Positions 45,502-56,781 are shown, counted from the stretch's first letter. The stretch is DNA of 64,000 nt from Candidatus Poriferihabitaceae bacterium (GCA_965262585.1 OZ253546.1:1930547-1994546), one strand, 5' to 3'. Translations and numbers: made by a program. Notes: a model not told the origin generated them from the letters alone.

Positions 45502-48500
45502 ATGAACTATCACAGCACAATCAATAACATGAATTCCCCTGACGGCCTGTCGTCCGTCCCCTTTAATTCGGGGGGGGGGGGGGGGGCAATAGTGCTCGGC
45601 GTTTCGGCGTTGCGCTACTGATTGGATTTACTCTTTTCCTCGGCTGGTCGATAGAGGCCAGTGCACAGGAAGCCGTCAGACTACCAAATCCGAGTGGAGT
45701 CGGTGCCAACCCCAACACGAACTTCATCGTTCTGTACTACCCGACTAACCAGGCGATTACCCCCCTGACCCTGCCGACGGGCAGCGGCGGCTCCGCCCCT
45801 TTGACCTACAGTATATTTCATGTTAACACCGGAGCCACAGGCATATACGACCAGTTGGGGCTGACCTTTAACCCGACCACCCGCGTTCTGTCCGGCACGC
45901 CGACCACGGCTACCTCCGGCCCGACACCCGCAGATGGTTTTCCAGCCGGCTATGGTGCGTCTGACGGAACCGGAAGTTCACAAGCCTTCGCCTTGATACA
46001 AATGTTTGTCTTCATCTGCGAAGCCGGGAAAGAGGGAAACATCAGCGGCACAGTTCCTTGCTATGTTGATTTGGCTGTATCGACGTTGTCCGATGTGAAC
46101 TATGTCGCCGGTCAGGCGATTACCCCCCTGACCCTGCCGGAGGCCACCGGCGGCAGCGTAAACATCTCCCCCACAATCGTCACCCAACGGACTTATACAT
46201 TGGCACCGTTGCCGGATGGCCTGACCTTTGACGCAACTACCCGCGTCTTATCCGGCACGCCGACCACGGCCGGCAACATCACTCCGGTATACGGAGTGAC
46301 CGACACCCTAAGCGGGAGAACACTAACCCCGACCGCTTCTTTCACCGCCACGGTAGGAGCCGGGTTGGGCGCGTCTGCGCCGGGTGCTCAAACCTATCCG
46401 CGCAACGCGGCGATCACCGCTTTGACCTTGCCGGAAGCGGCCGGCGGCACAGGTCCGTATACCTACACTCTGACCGGGCCGAGCGGTGGTAATTTGCCAG
46501 CCGGATTGGCTTTTGCCACAGGCACCCGCATTCTGTCCGGCACGCCGACCACGGCAGGCGTCACCGAGTTGACCTACACCGCCACCGATGCGAACAGCAT
46601 CATGGACACGGCGACCTTCACAGTGACCATCACTACAACGATGTTCACCGATACGGTATCTGATCCGACCTATGTCATAAATGAGGCGGTCAATTTGACT
46701 TTGCCGGGAGCGGTTGGCGGCACAGGTTCGTATACCTACACCCTGACCGGGCCGAGCGGTGGTAACTTGCCGGTCGGATTGGCTTTTGCCACAGGCACCC
46801 GCATTCTGTCCGGCACGCCGACCACGGCCGGCAACACCGTGTTGACCTACACCGCCACCGATTCGGTCGGCAACAGCGACCCTGCGACCTTCACAGTGAC
46901 CATCACTACAACGATGTTCACCGAGATGGTGGCTAATCAAACCTATACTATAGATAGGGCGGTCAATTTGACTTTGCCGGGAGCGGTTGGCGGCACAGGT
47001 TCGTATACCTACACCCTGACCGGGCCGAGCGGTGCTGCCTTGCCAACCGGATTGGCTTTTGCCACAGGCACCCGCATTTTGTCCGGCACGCCGACCACGG
47101 CCGGCGTCACCGTGTTGACCTACACCGCCACCGATGCGAACAGCAACAGCGACACGATGACCTTTACCGTCACAGTAGCCGAGCCCGCCTCCGGCCCGGA
47201 CCCTGAAGATATCAGGGCCATCAACGAGGTATTTATCTCCGAATTGGCGACCACCATGACCGGCCAGACTTCGGGCGCCATCACACAACGCATCGCGCAA
47301 ACCAGATCCGGTAGTGGCGGCGGCGTAACCCTTGCAGGCCAGTCTTCTTTTGCTGACTTGGCGACTACCCATGGCAAATCTCTAACCGAAGGCACGAGTG
47401 ATATGAAATCCATGCTGAACGGTTCCGGGTTTGCGTTGCCGTTGAATGCAGTGGGAGGTGGTATTGGCGTGTATTCACCGGCTTTTTGGGGCAGTGGTGG
47501 GTATGAAGAGATTTCTGGTGAGAGTGATCTCACTGACGGCAAACTGGATTGGGACGGCGATGTCTCGAGTTTTTCGGTGGGGGTGGATGCGCACCTACGC
47601 AATAATTTGCTGGGCGGTGTGGCGATAACGCGCAACGAGGCGGATTTGGAATACGATGTTACCAACGATGATGACAAAAGCGACTACGAATTGACCATGA
47701 CCAGCGTCAATCCGTATCTGGGTTGGAGAGTCGGGCAGTTAGACTTTTGGGCCACGGTTGGCTACGGCACCGGTGATTTGGATACCACCGACATCGACAG
47801 CGATGTGGACATGCGATCCTTCGCCGGTGGCGGTGGCGGCCAAATAATGGCACTCGGCAATGGCGGCACCTTGCGTCTCAAAGGCGAAGTCTCGCAAACC
47901 TGGGTAAATGTGGACGCCGACCGCGCAAACAATATTCGCTCGCTGGATGTGGACGTCAACCGAGTTCGAGTATCGCTGGAAGCACGCCAGCCCTGGGCGA
48001 TAAGCCACGCCACCAAATTGCAATCCACCCTGGAAGTAGGCGCGCGCCATGACGGCGGCGACGGCGAAACCGGCACCGGACTTGAATTGAATGCCGGTCT
48101 TCGCTATCACACTCAGAGGCTGACGCTGGAAGGCAATATCCACACCCTGCTAGGCCGTGAAGACTACGACGAATGGGGCATAAGCGGCACCATCATCCTG
48201 CAATCTGGCAAAGATGGACAGGGTTTGTCGCTAAGTCTAAGCCCCGGCTACGGCGAGGCTGGCGATCGCAAGTTGTGGGATAACGGCCTGCCGGAAGACA
48301 GCATCGCTGAGACTGATTACGAAATGCGCCTAAACACCCGCATTGGCTATGGCATATCCGCTCCTCATGGTTGGGATGGAATGCTAACCCCATACAGCGA
48401 AATGACCCTCGGCACCACCAACAGTTACCGCTTCGGCATCGGTTGGGAAATTAACCGCTATGGTTTGGATTTGGTTGGGGAACATCGTCAAGGTGGTGAG

Positions 48501-48536
48501 AATGCTGCTTTGGTTAAGGGTGAGGTGCGGTTTTAG
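45502..48536 (+). CDS. He_PIG/cadherin-like-repeat autotransporter (type Va), frameshifted at a poly-G tract in this assembly (predicted phase-variable, OFF)
   Basis: ATG 45502 (frame 1) runs into G17 at 45570..45586 and stops at 45621. Frame 0 after the tract encodes a signal peptide, ..RRFGVALLIGFTLFLGWSIEASA|QE. This is followed by 5 repeats of the type LTLP..GGTG.YTYTL...LSGTPTTAG...TATD, and a beta-barrel ending ...VKGEVRF. The first canonical in-frame start after the tract is TTG 45801, which lies inside repeat 1. Confidence 0.75.
45570..45586 (+). repeat. Homopolymeric G17 tract inside the 5' coding region
   Basis: Counted directly: the last base of block 45561-70, all of block 45571-80, and the first six bases of block 45581-90. 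G18 or G15 would join the upstream ATG frame to the main ORF. Confidence 0.95.
46389..47180 (+). repeat. Three near-identical tandem coding repeats (276, 273 and about 243+ bp) in the passenger domain
   Basis: Units start at 46389, 46665 and 46938. Long identical runs occur, e.g. GGCGGCACAGGTTCGTATACCTACACCCTGACCGGGCCGAGCGGTG and GCTTTTGCCACAGGCACCCGCATT.TGTCCGGCACGCCGACCACGGC. Confidence 0.85.
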
Positions 48537-48544
48537 ATTCCCTC

Positions 48545-49200
48545 TCGTCATCCGCAAACGAGGAATATCAAAAGTGCGTCATTCTCGAACGATAGAAAAA
48601 TAGGGAGCGCCAGCGACCATATTTTTCATCGTCCCCCAGATCGTCATTCCCGAACGATAGAAAAATAAGGAGCGCCAGCGACTATATTTTTCATCGTATC
48701 GGGAATCCAGAAGGCCAATAAGGAGTCGGCTGTCGCCGGCATGTTTTACTGGATTCCCGCTTTCGCGAGAATGACGGCGAGAGGAGCGGCTATCGCCGGA
48801 CATGTTTTACTGGATTCCCGTGTCCCCCAACTCGTCATTCCCGCTGTCGCGGAAATAACGACTTGGCGGCACGAGAATGACGGCCCTGGGGAGTCGGCTA
48901 TCGCAAGGTCGTCATTCTCGAACGATAGAAAAATAAGGAGCGCCAGCGACTATATTTTTCATCGTATCGGGAATCCAGAAAGCCAAATAAGGAGTCGGCT
49001 GTCGCAGGAATGACGGCCCTGGGGAGTCGGCTATCGCAAGGTCGTCATTCCCGAACGATAGAAAAATAGGGAGCGCCAGCGACCTTATTTTTCATCGTAT
49101 CGGGAATCCAGTGAAACAATCCCGACTCAGCCGGACCTTATATAAGGAGCGGCTTACGTCGTTTCGGACAGGCACGGGGGCCTGTCCCTACGAGGGCGGA
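48545..49200. repeat. Array of REP-like hairpin modules (right array), inverted relative to the left array
   Basis: 48555..48603 is the exact reverse complement of 45199..45247 (49 bp). 48637..48900 aligns to the reverse complement of 44761..44942 with few mismatches. Ends with the hairpin GGACAGGCACGGGGGCCTGTCC (49170..49191). Confidence 0.85.
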
Positions 49201-49276
49201 ACGGACAAAACTTCAATACCCATCCGTGCTTTAATATCATCCACAGGGCAATAGGGGGGTGGGCGCAGACGGTTCA

Positions 49277-49305
49277 TTGACGGCGGCGGCCAATATCCGT
49301 ATAGT
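49277..49305 (+). promoter_or_regulatory. Sigma-70 promoter of the tRNA operon
   Basis: TTGACG, a 17-nt spacer, then TATAGT, followed by a GC-rich discriminator (TTGCGGCC). About 70 nt upstream of tRNA-Pro. Confidence 0.55.
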
Positions 49306-49374
49306 TTGCGGCCTTGGCCGTGGTCGAAGCCGATACAATTCGGTGTTTATTGCGGCTAGTATCGGAGCCAGTAT

Positions 49375-49451
49375 CGGGGTATAGCGCAGCCTGGTAGCGC
49401 GCCTGCTTTGGGAGCAGGATGTCGGGAGTTCAAATCTCTCTACCCCGACCA
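49375..49451 (+). tRNA. tRNA-Pro (anticodon UGG)
   Basis: Cloverleaf with acceptor CGGGGTA/TACCCCG, anticodon loop TTTGGGA and an encoded CCA. Confidence 0.85.
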
Positions 49452-49468
49452 ATTTTCGCTTATTCGTT

Positions 49469-49545
49469 GCGCCCGTAGCTCAACCGGATAGAGCAACGGC
49501 CTTCTAAGCCGTAGGTTACAGGTTCGAATCCTGTCGGGCGCGCCA
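49469..49545 (+). tRNA. tRNA-Arg (anticodon UCU)
   Basis: Acceptor GCGCCCG/CGGGCGC, anticodon loop CTTCTAA, TTCGAAT T-loop and CCA. Confidence 0.85.
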
Positions 49546-49633
49546 TGCGCATTGGCGGTTTCTGCGCAGATTCTCGTATACAATATATGGCGGGAATCGA
49601 GATTGCGGAAGCAAACTCGAATCGAAAGAATAT

Positions 49634-49710
49634 GGTGAGCGTAGCTCAGTTGGTAGAGCCCCGGATTGTGATTCCGGTCGTCGTGGGTTCGAGTCCCATC
49701 GTTCACCCCA
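49634..49710 (+). tRNA. tRNA-His (anticodon GUG)
   Basis: Extra 5' G(-1), anticodon loop TTGTGAT, TTCGAGT T-loop and CCA. Confidence 0.85.
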
Positions 49711-49733
49711 AGTTTTTTTCGGCGGATTATGAC

Positions 49734-49810
<77 letters not shown>

Positions 49811-49847
49811 GTTATTCGGCGAATATACGGTGTAGAAATATTTGTGT

Positions 49848-49932
<85 letters not shown>

Positions 49933-50004
49933 TTCGCAGGGCGTCGAATGAGCGTTTGATTTGATAAATTTAAGCGAGGTGCCGCGAATGCGGCGGTGGG
50001 CATA

Positions 50005-51321
50005 ATGCAAATATCGGTTGAAAAAATCGGCGCCATCGAGCGGCGGGTGACGGTGTCGATCCCCGGCGACGAGGTTGGCAGGGAAATCGCCAAGCGTCTG
50101 CGCGAGGTCGCCAAGCACAAGCGCATTGACGGATTCCGCCCCGGCAAAGCACCGCAAAACCTGATCGAAAAACGCTACGGCGCGCAGGTGACCGGCGAGG
50201 TCGTCAACGAAACCATCAACTCCAGTTACCGCCGGGCACTGAGCAAGGAAGAGATCGTGCCGGCTGGTCTGGTGTCCATCGAACCCAAGCCGTTTGTCGC
50301 GGGCGACGATCTGCAATATGTCGCCACCATCGAGTTGTATCCCGAAATTCCCTCGCCGACTCTGGCCGGGCGGACCATCGAAAAACCGGTATGCGCGGTT
50401 ACCGACGAAGATATTGCGCGCACCCTCGAAGACATCCGCAAACGCCACGCCGATTTCGTCGCCAAAGACACCGACAAGGAAGGAAAATCCCAACACGGCG
50501 ACCGCCTGACCATCGATTTTGTCGGCAAGATAGACGGCCAACCGTTCACCGGCGGATCGGCGGACGGGCATCAATTCGTGCTCGGAGAAGGGCATGTGTT
50601 CGAGGGTTTTGAAACCGAATTGCTCGCGGTTGCGGTTGGTGATTCCAAGCAAATAGCGATCACTTTTCCCGAGGATTATCCGGGTGCCGATATCGCCGGC
50701 AAGGCGGCTGAATTTGCGGTCACGGTGACCTCGGTGGAGCGGCGAATCTTGCCGGAATTGGATAATGCGTTCGCTGAAAAACTCGGCATTGCCGAAGGCG
50801 GTATGGAAAAAATGCGCAAGGAAATCGTGGTCAGTTTGAATCGTGAGTTGGCGACTCGGCTGCGCACGGTGATTCGTGCGCGGGTGATGAATGAGTTGAT
50901 CGCGGTCAATCCAATCGAGGCGCCGAAATCGCTGGTGGATTCCGAAATCGAACGGCGGGTGTCATCGGTTAAGGAACGGATGGATGCGCTCGATGCGCCG
51001 CAGCAGGAAGGCGTGCGCGAGCGTTTTGCCGTCGAGGCGCGCGAGCAGGTAACCCTCGGATTGATCGCACGCGAGATCATCGAAAAATCTGAAATGAAGG
51101 CCGACTCGGCACTGGTTCGGGAACGAATCGAGGAGATGGCGAGCGGCTATGATGACGGCGAGGCGATGATTAACTGGTATTATTCCGACCCGGAGCGGTT
51201 GCGGCAGGTCGAATCGATAGCGTTGGACGAGCAAGTGGTGGCGCGCATGTTGGAAACCGCCACCGTTACCGAAAAAAAGGTATCATTGCAGGAATTGATG
51301 AACCCACGCGGCGATTTCTGA
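50005..51321 (+). CDS. tig: Trigger factor
   Basis: [20 protein letters not shown]..., FKBP-type PPIase middle domain. Conserved position upstream of clpP. Confidence 0.9.
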   Translation: MQISVEKIGAIERRVTVSIPGDEVGREIAKRLREVAKHKRIDGFRPGKAPQNLIEKRYGAQVTGEVVNETINSSYRRALSKEEIVPAGLVSIEPKPFVAGDDLQYVATIELYPEIPSPTLAGRTIEKPVCAVTDEDIARTLEDIRKRHADFVAKDTDKEGKSQHGDRLTIDFVGKIDGQPFTGGSADGHQFVLGEGHVFEGFETELLAVAVGDSKQIAITFPEDYPGADIAGKAAEFAVTVTSVERRILPELDNAFAEKLGIAEGGMEKMRKEIVVSLNRELATRLRTVIRARVMNELIAVNPIEAPKSLVDSEIERRVSSVKERMDALDAPQQEGVRERFAVEAREQVTLGLIAREIIEKSEMKADSALVRERIEEMASGYDDGEAMINWYYSDPERLRQVESIALDEQVVARMLETATVTEKKVSLQELMNPRGDF

Positions 51322-51389
51322 GTCACCAGTTGTCCATTTCGCCGTTATCCGTTTTTTTTATCCCTACTCAATCACACAAATTCAACCCC

Positions 51390-52013
51390 ATGCCAACCGA
51401 CCAACCCTTGCCTCCGCGCAACTTGAATCAGATTCCGATGGTGGTCGAGACCACCGGCCGCGGCGAACGCGCATATGATATTTATTCCCGGCTGCTCAAG
51501 GAGCGGGTGGTGTTTTTGGTCGGGCAGTTCGAGGATCAGATGGCCAACCTCATCGTCGCCCAACTACTATTCCTCGAATCGGAAAATCCGGAAAAAGATA
51601 TTTCTTTGTATATCAACAGCCCCGGCGGAATGGTTTCATCGGGCCTCGCGATCTACGACACCATGCAGTTCATCCGCCCCGATGTCAGCACCGTGTGCAT
51701 CGGTCAGGCGGCCAGTATGGGAGCGGTGATTCTGGCCGGCGGCGCGCCGAAAAAACGCCACGCGCTGCCCCATTCCAGGGTGATGATTCACCAGCCCATG
51801 GGCGGTTCCCAGGGTCAGGCGTCCGACATTGAAATCCACACCCGGGAAATCCTCGGCGCACGGGAAAAACTCAACCGTATTTTCGTCGAGCACACCGGCC
51901 AGCCCATCGACCGAATCCAGCAAGATACCGACCGCGATTATTTCCTGAGCGCCGCCGAGGCCACCGAATACGGCATTATTGACTCGGTGTTGAGCAAGCG
52001 CGAAGGAGCGTGA
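51390..52013 (+). CDS. clpP: ATP-dependent Clp protease proteolytic subunit
   Basis: [20 protein letters not shown], active-site GQAASMGA and HQP. Start at MPTDQ (ATG 51390). Confidence 0.95.
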   Translation: MPTDQPLPPRNLNQIPMVVETTGRGERAYDIYSRLLKERVVFLVGQFEDQMANLIVAQLLFLESENPEKDISLYINSPGGMVSSGLAIYDTMQFIRPDVSTVCIGQAASMGAVILAGGAPKKRHALPHSRVMIHQPMGGSQGQASDIEIHTREILGAREKLNRIFVEHTGQPIDRIQQDTDRDYFLSAAEATEYGIIDSVLSKREGA

Positions 52014-52101
52014 GTAACCAAATAACGCACAAATAAAGGTTGAAAAAAACCGGCAAACCCTGCAATCTTGGGGTCTGTTCCGTAATCGCGCCTATCATTA
52101 A

Positions 52102-53385
52102 ATGCCTGAAGATAGCCCTACCAAGAGCGAAAAACCCCTGTATTGCTCGTTCTGCGGCAAGAGTCAGCACGAAGTACGCAAGTTGATCGCCGGTCCGTCG
52201 GTGTTCATCTGCAACGAATGCGTCGATCTGTGCAACGACATCATCCGTGAGGAAACCGGCGATGATGGGAATGCCGAGGCACGTGCCAGCGGGTTCCCCA
52301 CCCCTCCGGAAATTCACGCCATCTTGGATGAATATGTCATCGGCCAGCAGAACGCCAAAAAGACGCTTTCGGTGGCGGTCTACAACCACTACAAGCGCAT
52401 CGAAAACGAAGAAGCGGTGGGCGAGGTGGATATTTCCAAGAGCAACATCCTGCTCATCGGCCCCACCGGTTCGGGCAAGACGCTGCTGGCGGAGACTCTG
52501 GCGCGACAACTCAACGTCCCCTTCACCATCGCCGACGCCACCACGCTCACCGAAGCCGGTTATGTCGGCGAGGATGTCGAGAACATCATTCAGAAACTTC
52601 TGCAAACCTGCGACTACGAGATCGAAAAAGCCCAGATCGGAATCGTCTATATCGATGAGATCGATAAAATCTCACGCAAAGCCGACAACCCGTCCATCAC
52701 CAGGGACGTCTCCGGCGAAGGGGTGCAGCAGGCATTGCTGAAGTTAATTGAAGGAACCGTCGCATCCATCCCGCCTCAGGGCGGACGCAAGCATCCCCAG
52801 CAAGAATTCCTGCAGGTGGATACCCGCAACATTCTGTTCATCTGCGGCGGTGCTTTCGCCGGTATGGAAAAAGTGATTCAGGAGCGCACCGAAAAATCCG
52901 GCATCGGCTTCGGCGCCGACATCCGGGAAAAATCTGCCGATGAACGCGCCAACGAGTTGCTCCAGGATCTGGAGCCCGAGGATCTCATTAAGTATGGCTT
53001 GATCCCGGAATTTATTGGCCGCCTGCCGGTGGTGGCGATCCTCGAAGAGTTGGACGAGGACTCACTCATCCGGATTCTGACCGAGCCGCGCAATGCGCTC
53101 ACCAAACAATACGCCAAACTCCTCAAACTGGAGGGCGTCGACCTGGAGTTCCGTGCCGAAGCGTTGCGCCGGGTCGCCAAAAAGGCCATGGAGCGCAAGG
53201 CCGGCGCCCGTGGCTTGCGGTCGATTCTCGAAAGCGCCCTGATGGAAACCATGTACGAGTTGCCGTCCATCCACGGAATCAAGAAGGTGATCGTGGACGA
53301 GTCGGTCATCACCGAGGGTTCGCGGCCGCTGTATGTCTACGAGGAAGATAAGGAAAAACGCTCTGCGGGGGCTTCTTCTTCCTGA
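52102..53385 (+). CDS. clpX: ATP-dependent Clp protease ATP-binding subunit ClpX
   Basis: Zinc-binding [11 protein letters not shown]...CNEC. Walker [12 protein letters not shown]-type loop. Confidence 0.95.
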   Translation: MPEDSPTKSEKPLYCSFCGKSQHEVRKLIAGPSVFICNECVDLCNDIIREETGDDGNAEARASGFPTPPEIHAILDEYVIGQQNAKKTLSVAVYNHYKRIENEEAVGEVDISKSNILLIGPTGSGKTLLAETLARQLNVPFTIADATTLTEAGYVGEDVENIIQKLLQTCDYEIEKAQIGIVYIDEIDKISRKADNPSITRDVSGEGVQQALLKLIEGTVASIPPQGGRKHPQQEFLQVDTRNILFICGGAFAGMEKVIQERTEKSGIGFGADIREKSADERANELLQDLEPEDLIKYGLIPEFIGRLPVVAILEELDEDSLIRILTEPRNALTKQYAKLLKLEGVDLEFRAEALRRVAKKAMERKAGARGLRSILESALMETMYELPSIHGIKKVIVDESVITEGSRPLYVYEEDKEKRSAGASSS

Positions 53386-53462
53386 TTCAACGGCTTGGCG
53401 ACCCGCTACGAACCGAGTTGCTGCTGTGATATGCTCGTTGAAACATACTTGAAACATGCTTA

Positions 53463-53490
53463 TTGAAATGGCCGGTCGGCGGCCTTACTT
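53463..53490 (+). promoter_or_regulatory. Possible sigma-32 promoter of lon
   Basis: TTGAAA-14 nt-CCTTACTT, a partial match to CCCCATNT. It is the last of three TTGAAA hexamers (53438, 53449, 53463), about 60 nt upstream of the lon ATG. Confidence 0.35.
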
Positions 53491-53552
53491 TTAAGTATCT
53501 GGCCCGGTCGCCATTATCCAGTTACCGCTTTTACCCTTACGGAGCCCCGTTC

Positions 53553-55979
53553 ATGCCTGACCCTATCCAGCCCCCCATCATCGACCTGCCAGTGCTGCCG
53601 TTGCGGGATGTGGTGGTCTTTCCCCATATGGTGATCCCGCTGTTTGTCGGTCGTGCGCGCTCCATCAAGGCGTTGGAGGCGGCGATGAAAGAGGGCAAGA
53701 ATATCTTGCTGGTGGCGCAAAAGGACGCCTCCCAGGATTCTCCCAACCCCACCGATATCTACCGGGTTGGTACCGTCGCCTCCATCTTGCAAATGCTCAA
53801 GATGCCCGACGGTACGGTCAAGGTGCTGGTGGAAGGGGAACAGCGGGCGAGCATCATTCGCTTTACCCACGAGCCGGACGATGACGAAATCGGGTTTTCC
53901 TGTGAGGCGCAGCCGGTGGATGACGATTATGAATCCTCCCGCGAATCCGAAGTGCTGGTGCGCGCGGTGTCCGCCGAATTTGAAAAATATATCAAACTCA
54001 ATCCCAAAATTCCGCCGGAGATTTTGACTTCCCTCGCCGGTATCGAACACCCCGGGCGAGTCGGCGACACCATCGCCGCGCATCTCAATCTCAAAAACGA
54101 AGCCAAGCAGAAGATTCTGGAACTGCTCATTCCCGCGGAGCGCCTCGAGCATATTCTCGGCGTTATGGATTTGGAGATCGACCTGCTGCAGGTGGAAAAA
54201 CAGATTCGCACCCGGGTCAAAAAGCAGATGGAAAAAAGCCAGCGCGAGTATTACCTGAACGAGCAGATGAAGGCCATTCAGAAAGAACTGGGGGATATGG
54301 AAGACGTGCCCAACGAGACCGACGAACTGGCGAAGAAGATCGCCGATTCCGGCATGTCCAAAGAAGCCCTGGAGAAAGCCGAGAGCGAACTTAAAAAACT
54401 GAAAATGATGTCGCCGATGTCAGCCGAGGCGACCGTGGTGCGCAACTACATCGACTGGTTGCTGGCGGTGCCGTGGAAAAAGCAAAGCCGCACATACAAG
54501 GATTTAGCCAAGGCCCAAAAAATACTCGACGATGACCATTACGGCCTTGAAAAGGTCAAAGACCGCATCCTCGAATATCTGGCGGTGCAGCAGCGAGTGA
54601 AAAAATCAAAGGCGGCGATACTGTGTTTGGTGGGCCCCCCCGGAGTCGGCAAGACCTCCCTCGGCCAATCCATCGCGCGCGCCACCAACCGCAAATTCCT
54701 GCGCATGTCCCTGGGCGGGGTGCGCGATGAAGCGGAAATCCGCGGCCACCGGCGAACTTATATCGGCTCAATGCCGGGCAAGGTCATTCAGAATCTCGCC
54801 AAGGGCAAAACCCGCAACCCGCTGTTCATGCTCGACGAAGTGGATAAAATGTCCATGGATTTTCGCGGCGACCCGTCCTCGGCGTTGCTCGAGGTGCTCG
54901 ACCCGGAGCAAAACCACACCTTCGGCGATCACTATCTGGAAGTCGATTACGATCTCTCCGATGTGATGTTTATCGCCACCGCCAACACCCTCAACATCCC
55001 CAGCCCGCTGCTCGACCGCATGGAAGTGATTCGAATTTCCGGCTACACCGAAGAAGAAAAATGCGAAATCGCCGACCGCTACCTGTTGCCGAAACAGCGC
55101 ATCAACAATGGCTTGAAAGAAAGTGAAGTCAGCGTAAGCGCCAAAGCCATAAAGGAAATCATCGCGTCTTGGACCCGCGAAGCGGGGGTGCGCAACCTGG
55201 AGCGGGAGATCGCGAAAATTTTCCGTAAAGTGGTGAAAGAATTTTTGCTCAACAAGAAAAAGAAAACCGTCCACATCACCCCGGCGCGTCTGGAGAAATA
55301 TCTCGGGGTCAAAAAATACCGCCACAACGGTGTCGAACAGGAAAACAAGGTCGGTCAGGTGACCGGGCTGGCGTGGACCGAAGCGGGCGGTGAGTTGTTG
55401 CGCATAGAAACCGTGGTCATGCCCGGCAAGGGCAAGCACGTATACACCGGCAAACTCGGCAATGTCATGCAGGAATCCATCACCGCCGCCATCAGCGTGG
55501 TCAGAAGCCACAGCGTGCAATGGGGCATCACCGCGGATTTCCATCAAAACCGGGACATCCACATCCACGTTCCCGATGGCGCGACTCCGAAGGACGGGCC
55601 GAGCGCCGGTATCGGTATGTGCATCGCCATCACTTCGGCCCTGACCGGAATCCCGGTATGGGCGAACATCGCCATGACCGGGGAAATCACCTTGCGCGGC
55701 GAAGTGCTGCCCATCGGTGGGCTCAAGGAAAAATTGCTCGCCGCCCACCGCGCCGGTTTGAAAACGGTGTTGATCCCCCACGAGAATTCCCCCGAACTGC
55801 AGGAGATTCCGGAAAAAATTCGCCGCGAACTCGATATCAAACCGGTGAAATGGATTGACGAAGTGATCGAGTTGGCCCTTGAAACGACACCTCACGCCAA
55901 AACCGAACCGGGCAAATCGGCAACAAAAAGCCGGCGCAGTAAAAAAGAACAAACCGGATCCAACCTAACCGCTCACTAG
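53553..55979 (+). CDS. lon: Lon protease
   Basis: [23 protein letters not shown], Walker A GPPGVGKT, and catalytic Ser in PKDGPSAG. Start at MPDPIQPP (ATG 53553). Confidence 0.95.
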   Translation: MPDPIQPPIIDLPVLPLRDVVVFPHMVIPLFVGRARSIKALEAAMKEGKNILLVAQKDASQDSPNPTDIYRVGTVASILQMLKMPDGTVKVLVEGEQRASIIRFTHEPDDDEIGFSCEAQPVDDDYESSRESEVLVRAVSAEFEKYIKLNPKIPPEILTSLAGIEHPGRVGDTIAAHLNLKNEAKQKILELLIPAERLEHILGVMDLEIDLLQVEKQIRTRVKKQMEKSQREYYLNEQMKAIQKELGDMEDVPNETDELAKKIADSGMSKEALEKAESELKKLKMMSPMSAEATVVRNYIDWLLAVPWKKQSRTYKDLAKAQKILDDDHYGLEKVKDRILEYLAVQQRVKKSKAAILCLVGPPGVGKTSLGQSIARATNRKFLRMSLGGVRDEAEIRGHRRTYIGSMPGKVIQNLAKGKTRNPLFMLDEVDKMSMDFRGDPSSALLEVLDPEQNHTFGDHYLEVDYDLSDVMFIATANTLNIPSPLLDRMEVIRISGYTEEEKCEIADRYLLPKQRINNGLKESEVSVSAKAIKEIIASWTREAGVRNLEREIAKIFRKVVKEFLLNKKKKTVHITPARLEKYLGVKKYRHNGVEQENKVGQVTGLAWTEAGGELLRIETVVMPGKGKHVYTGKLGNVMQESITAAISVVRSHSVQWGITADFHQNRDIHIHVPDGATPKDGPSAGIGMCIAITSALTGIPVWANIAMTGEITLRGEVLPIGGLKEKLLAAHRAGLKTVLIPHENSPELQEIPEKIRRELDIKPVKWIDEVIELALETTPHAKTEPGKSATKSRRSKKEQTGSNLTAH

Positions 55980-56294
55980 CCCGAACTCGTGTGTGACGAT
56001 GAAACGGGTTCCGGGTTGCGCGGTTGACTTGGGTAAATTCTTTTTATATCATACAGTTACGCTAAAAAGTATTCCTGAAATATAGAAATGGCGCAGATTT
56101 CACACCCGCCTCGCCGAAAAAATGCCGAGGCAATTTTTAATAAATGCCTACAAAATGAGGTTGCTTTTACCCTCTCGCTTTTATTATGATTGCCGGGTTG
56201 CAAAGGCGCGGGCATGAGTGAATCTGCTTCCAAGTGCGCCATTAGGTTAAGTTAATTTCATTCATCAAACTCCAAGTAACGAGGAACCAGTACT

Positions 56295-56567
56295 ATGAAT
56301 AAAGCTGAATTGATTGAGACAGTTGCATCGCGTGCAGAACTGACAAAAAGCGATGCATCGAGCGCAGTGGAAGCCGTATTTGACGCCATCACAAAAACCT
56401 TATCCAGTCGTGGCACGGTTTCACTGATCGGATTCGGAACTTTTTCCACCAGCGACCGCGCAGCGCGCACCGGACGCAATCCGCGCACCGGGGAGACCAT
56501 CAACATCGTGGCCACCTGTGTGCCTAAATTCAAGGCCGGCAAAAGCCTGAAGGAAGCCGTAAACTAG
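56295..56567 (+). CDS. hupB: DNA-binding protein HU-beta
   Basis: MNKAELIE...GFGTFSTSDRAARTGRNPRTGE.I.I is the canonical HU sequence. Confidence 0.95.
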   Translation: MNKAELIETVASRAELTKSDASSAVEAVFDAITKTLSSRGTVSLIGFGTFSTSDRAARTGRNPRTGETINIVATCVPKFKAGKSLKEAVN

Positions 56568-56579
56568 CGCGCCTTTTCC

Positions 56580-56655
56580 GGGCGCTTAGCTCAGTTGGTA
56601 GAGCGTCGCCCTTACAAGGCGAAAGTCGCAGGTTCGAGCCCTGCAGCGCCCACCA
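56580..56655 (+). tRNA. tRNA-Val (anticodon UAC)
   Basis: Acceptor GGGCGCT/AGCGCCC, anticodon loop CTTACAA and CCA. Confidence 0.85.
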
Positions 56656-56663
56656 TCGTTATA

Positions 56664-56740
56664 GGAGCGGTAGTTCAGTTGGTTAGAATACCGGCCTGTC
56701 ACGCCGGGGGTCGCGGGTTCGAGTCCCGTCCGCTCCGCCA
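56664..56740 (+). tRNA. tRNA-Asp (anticodon GUC)
   Basis: Acceptor GGAGCGG/CCGCTCC, anticodon loop CTGTCAC and CCA. Confidence 0.85.
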
Positions 56741-56750
56741 TACCCAAAAA

Positions 56751-56781
56751 TGCGAGACCGACGTGTCTCGCATTTTTTTTT
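56751..56781 (+). terminator. Rho-independent terminator after tRNA-Asp
   Basis: Stem TGCGAGAC / GTCTCGCA with a 5-nt loop (CGACG), followed by T9. Confidence 0.75.

Noticed and set aside
46323-47372. 349-aa minus-strand ORF with internal repeats (GGVGQHG.AGRGRRAGQNAGACGKSQS..)
   Set aside because: Its repeats simply mirror the tandem passenger-domain repeats of the autotransporter on the plus strand. The plus frame has a coherent domain structure, a signal peptide and a beta-barrel.
44790-49200. Possibility that the repeat arrays are CRISPR arrays
   Set aside because: The repeats are heterogeneous palindromic modules of different lengths. They lack regularly sized unique spacers. The sequence between modules is itself repeated, and no cas genes are nearby.
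54768-55952. 394-aa minus-strand ORF
   Set aside because: It is antisense to lon and is a shadow ORF.
56107-56140. Hairpin GCCTCG-N12-CGAGGC followed by AATTTTT downstream of lon as a terminator
   Set aside because: The stem is short, the loop is large and the T-run is interrupted. It is plausible but not convincing by eye.
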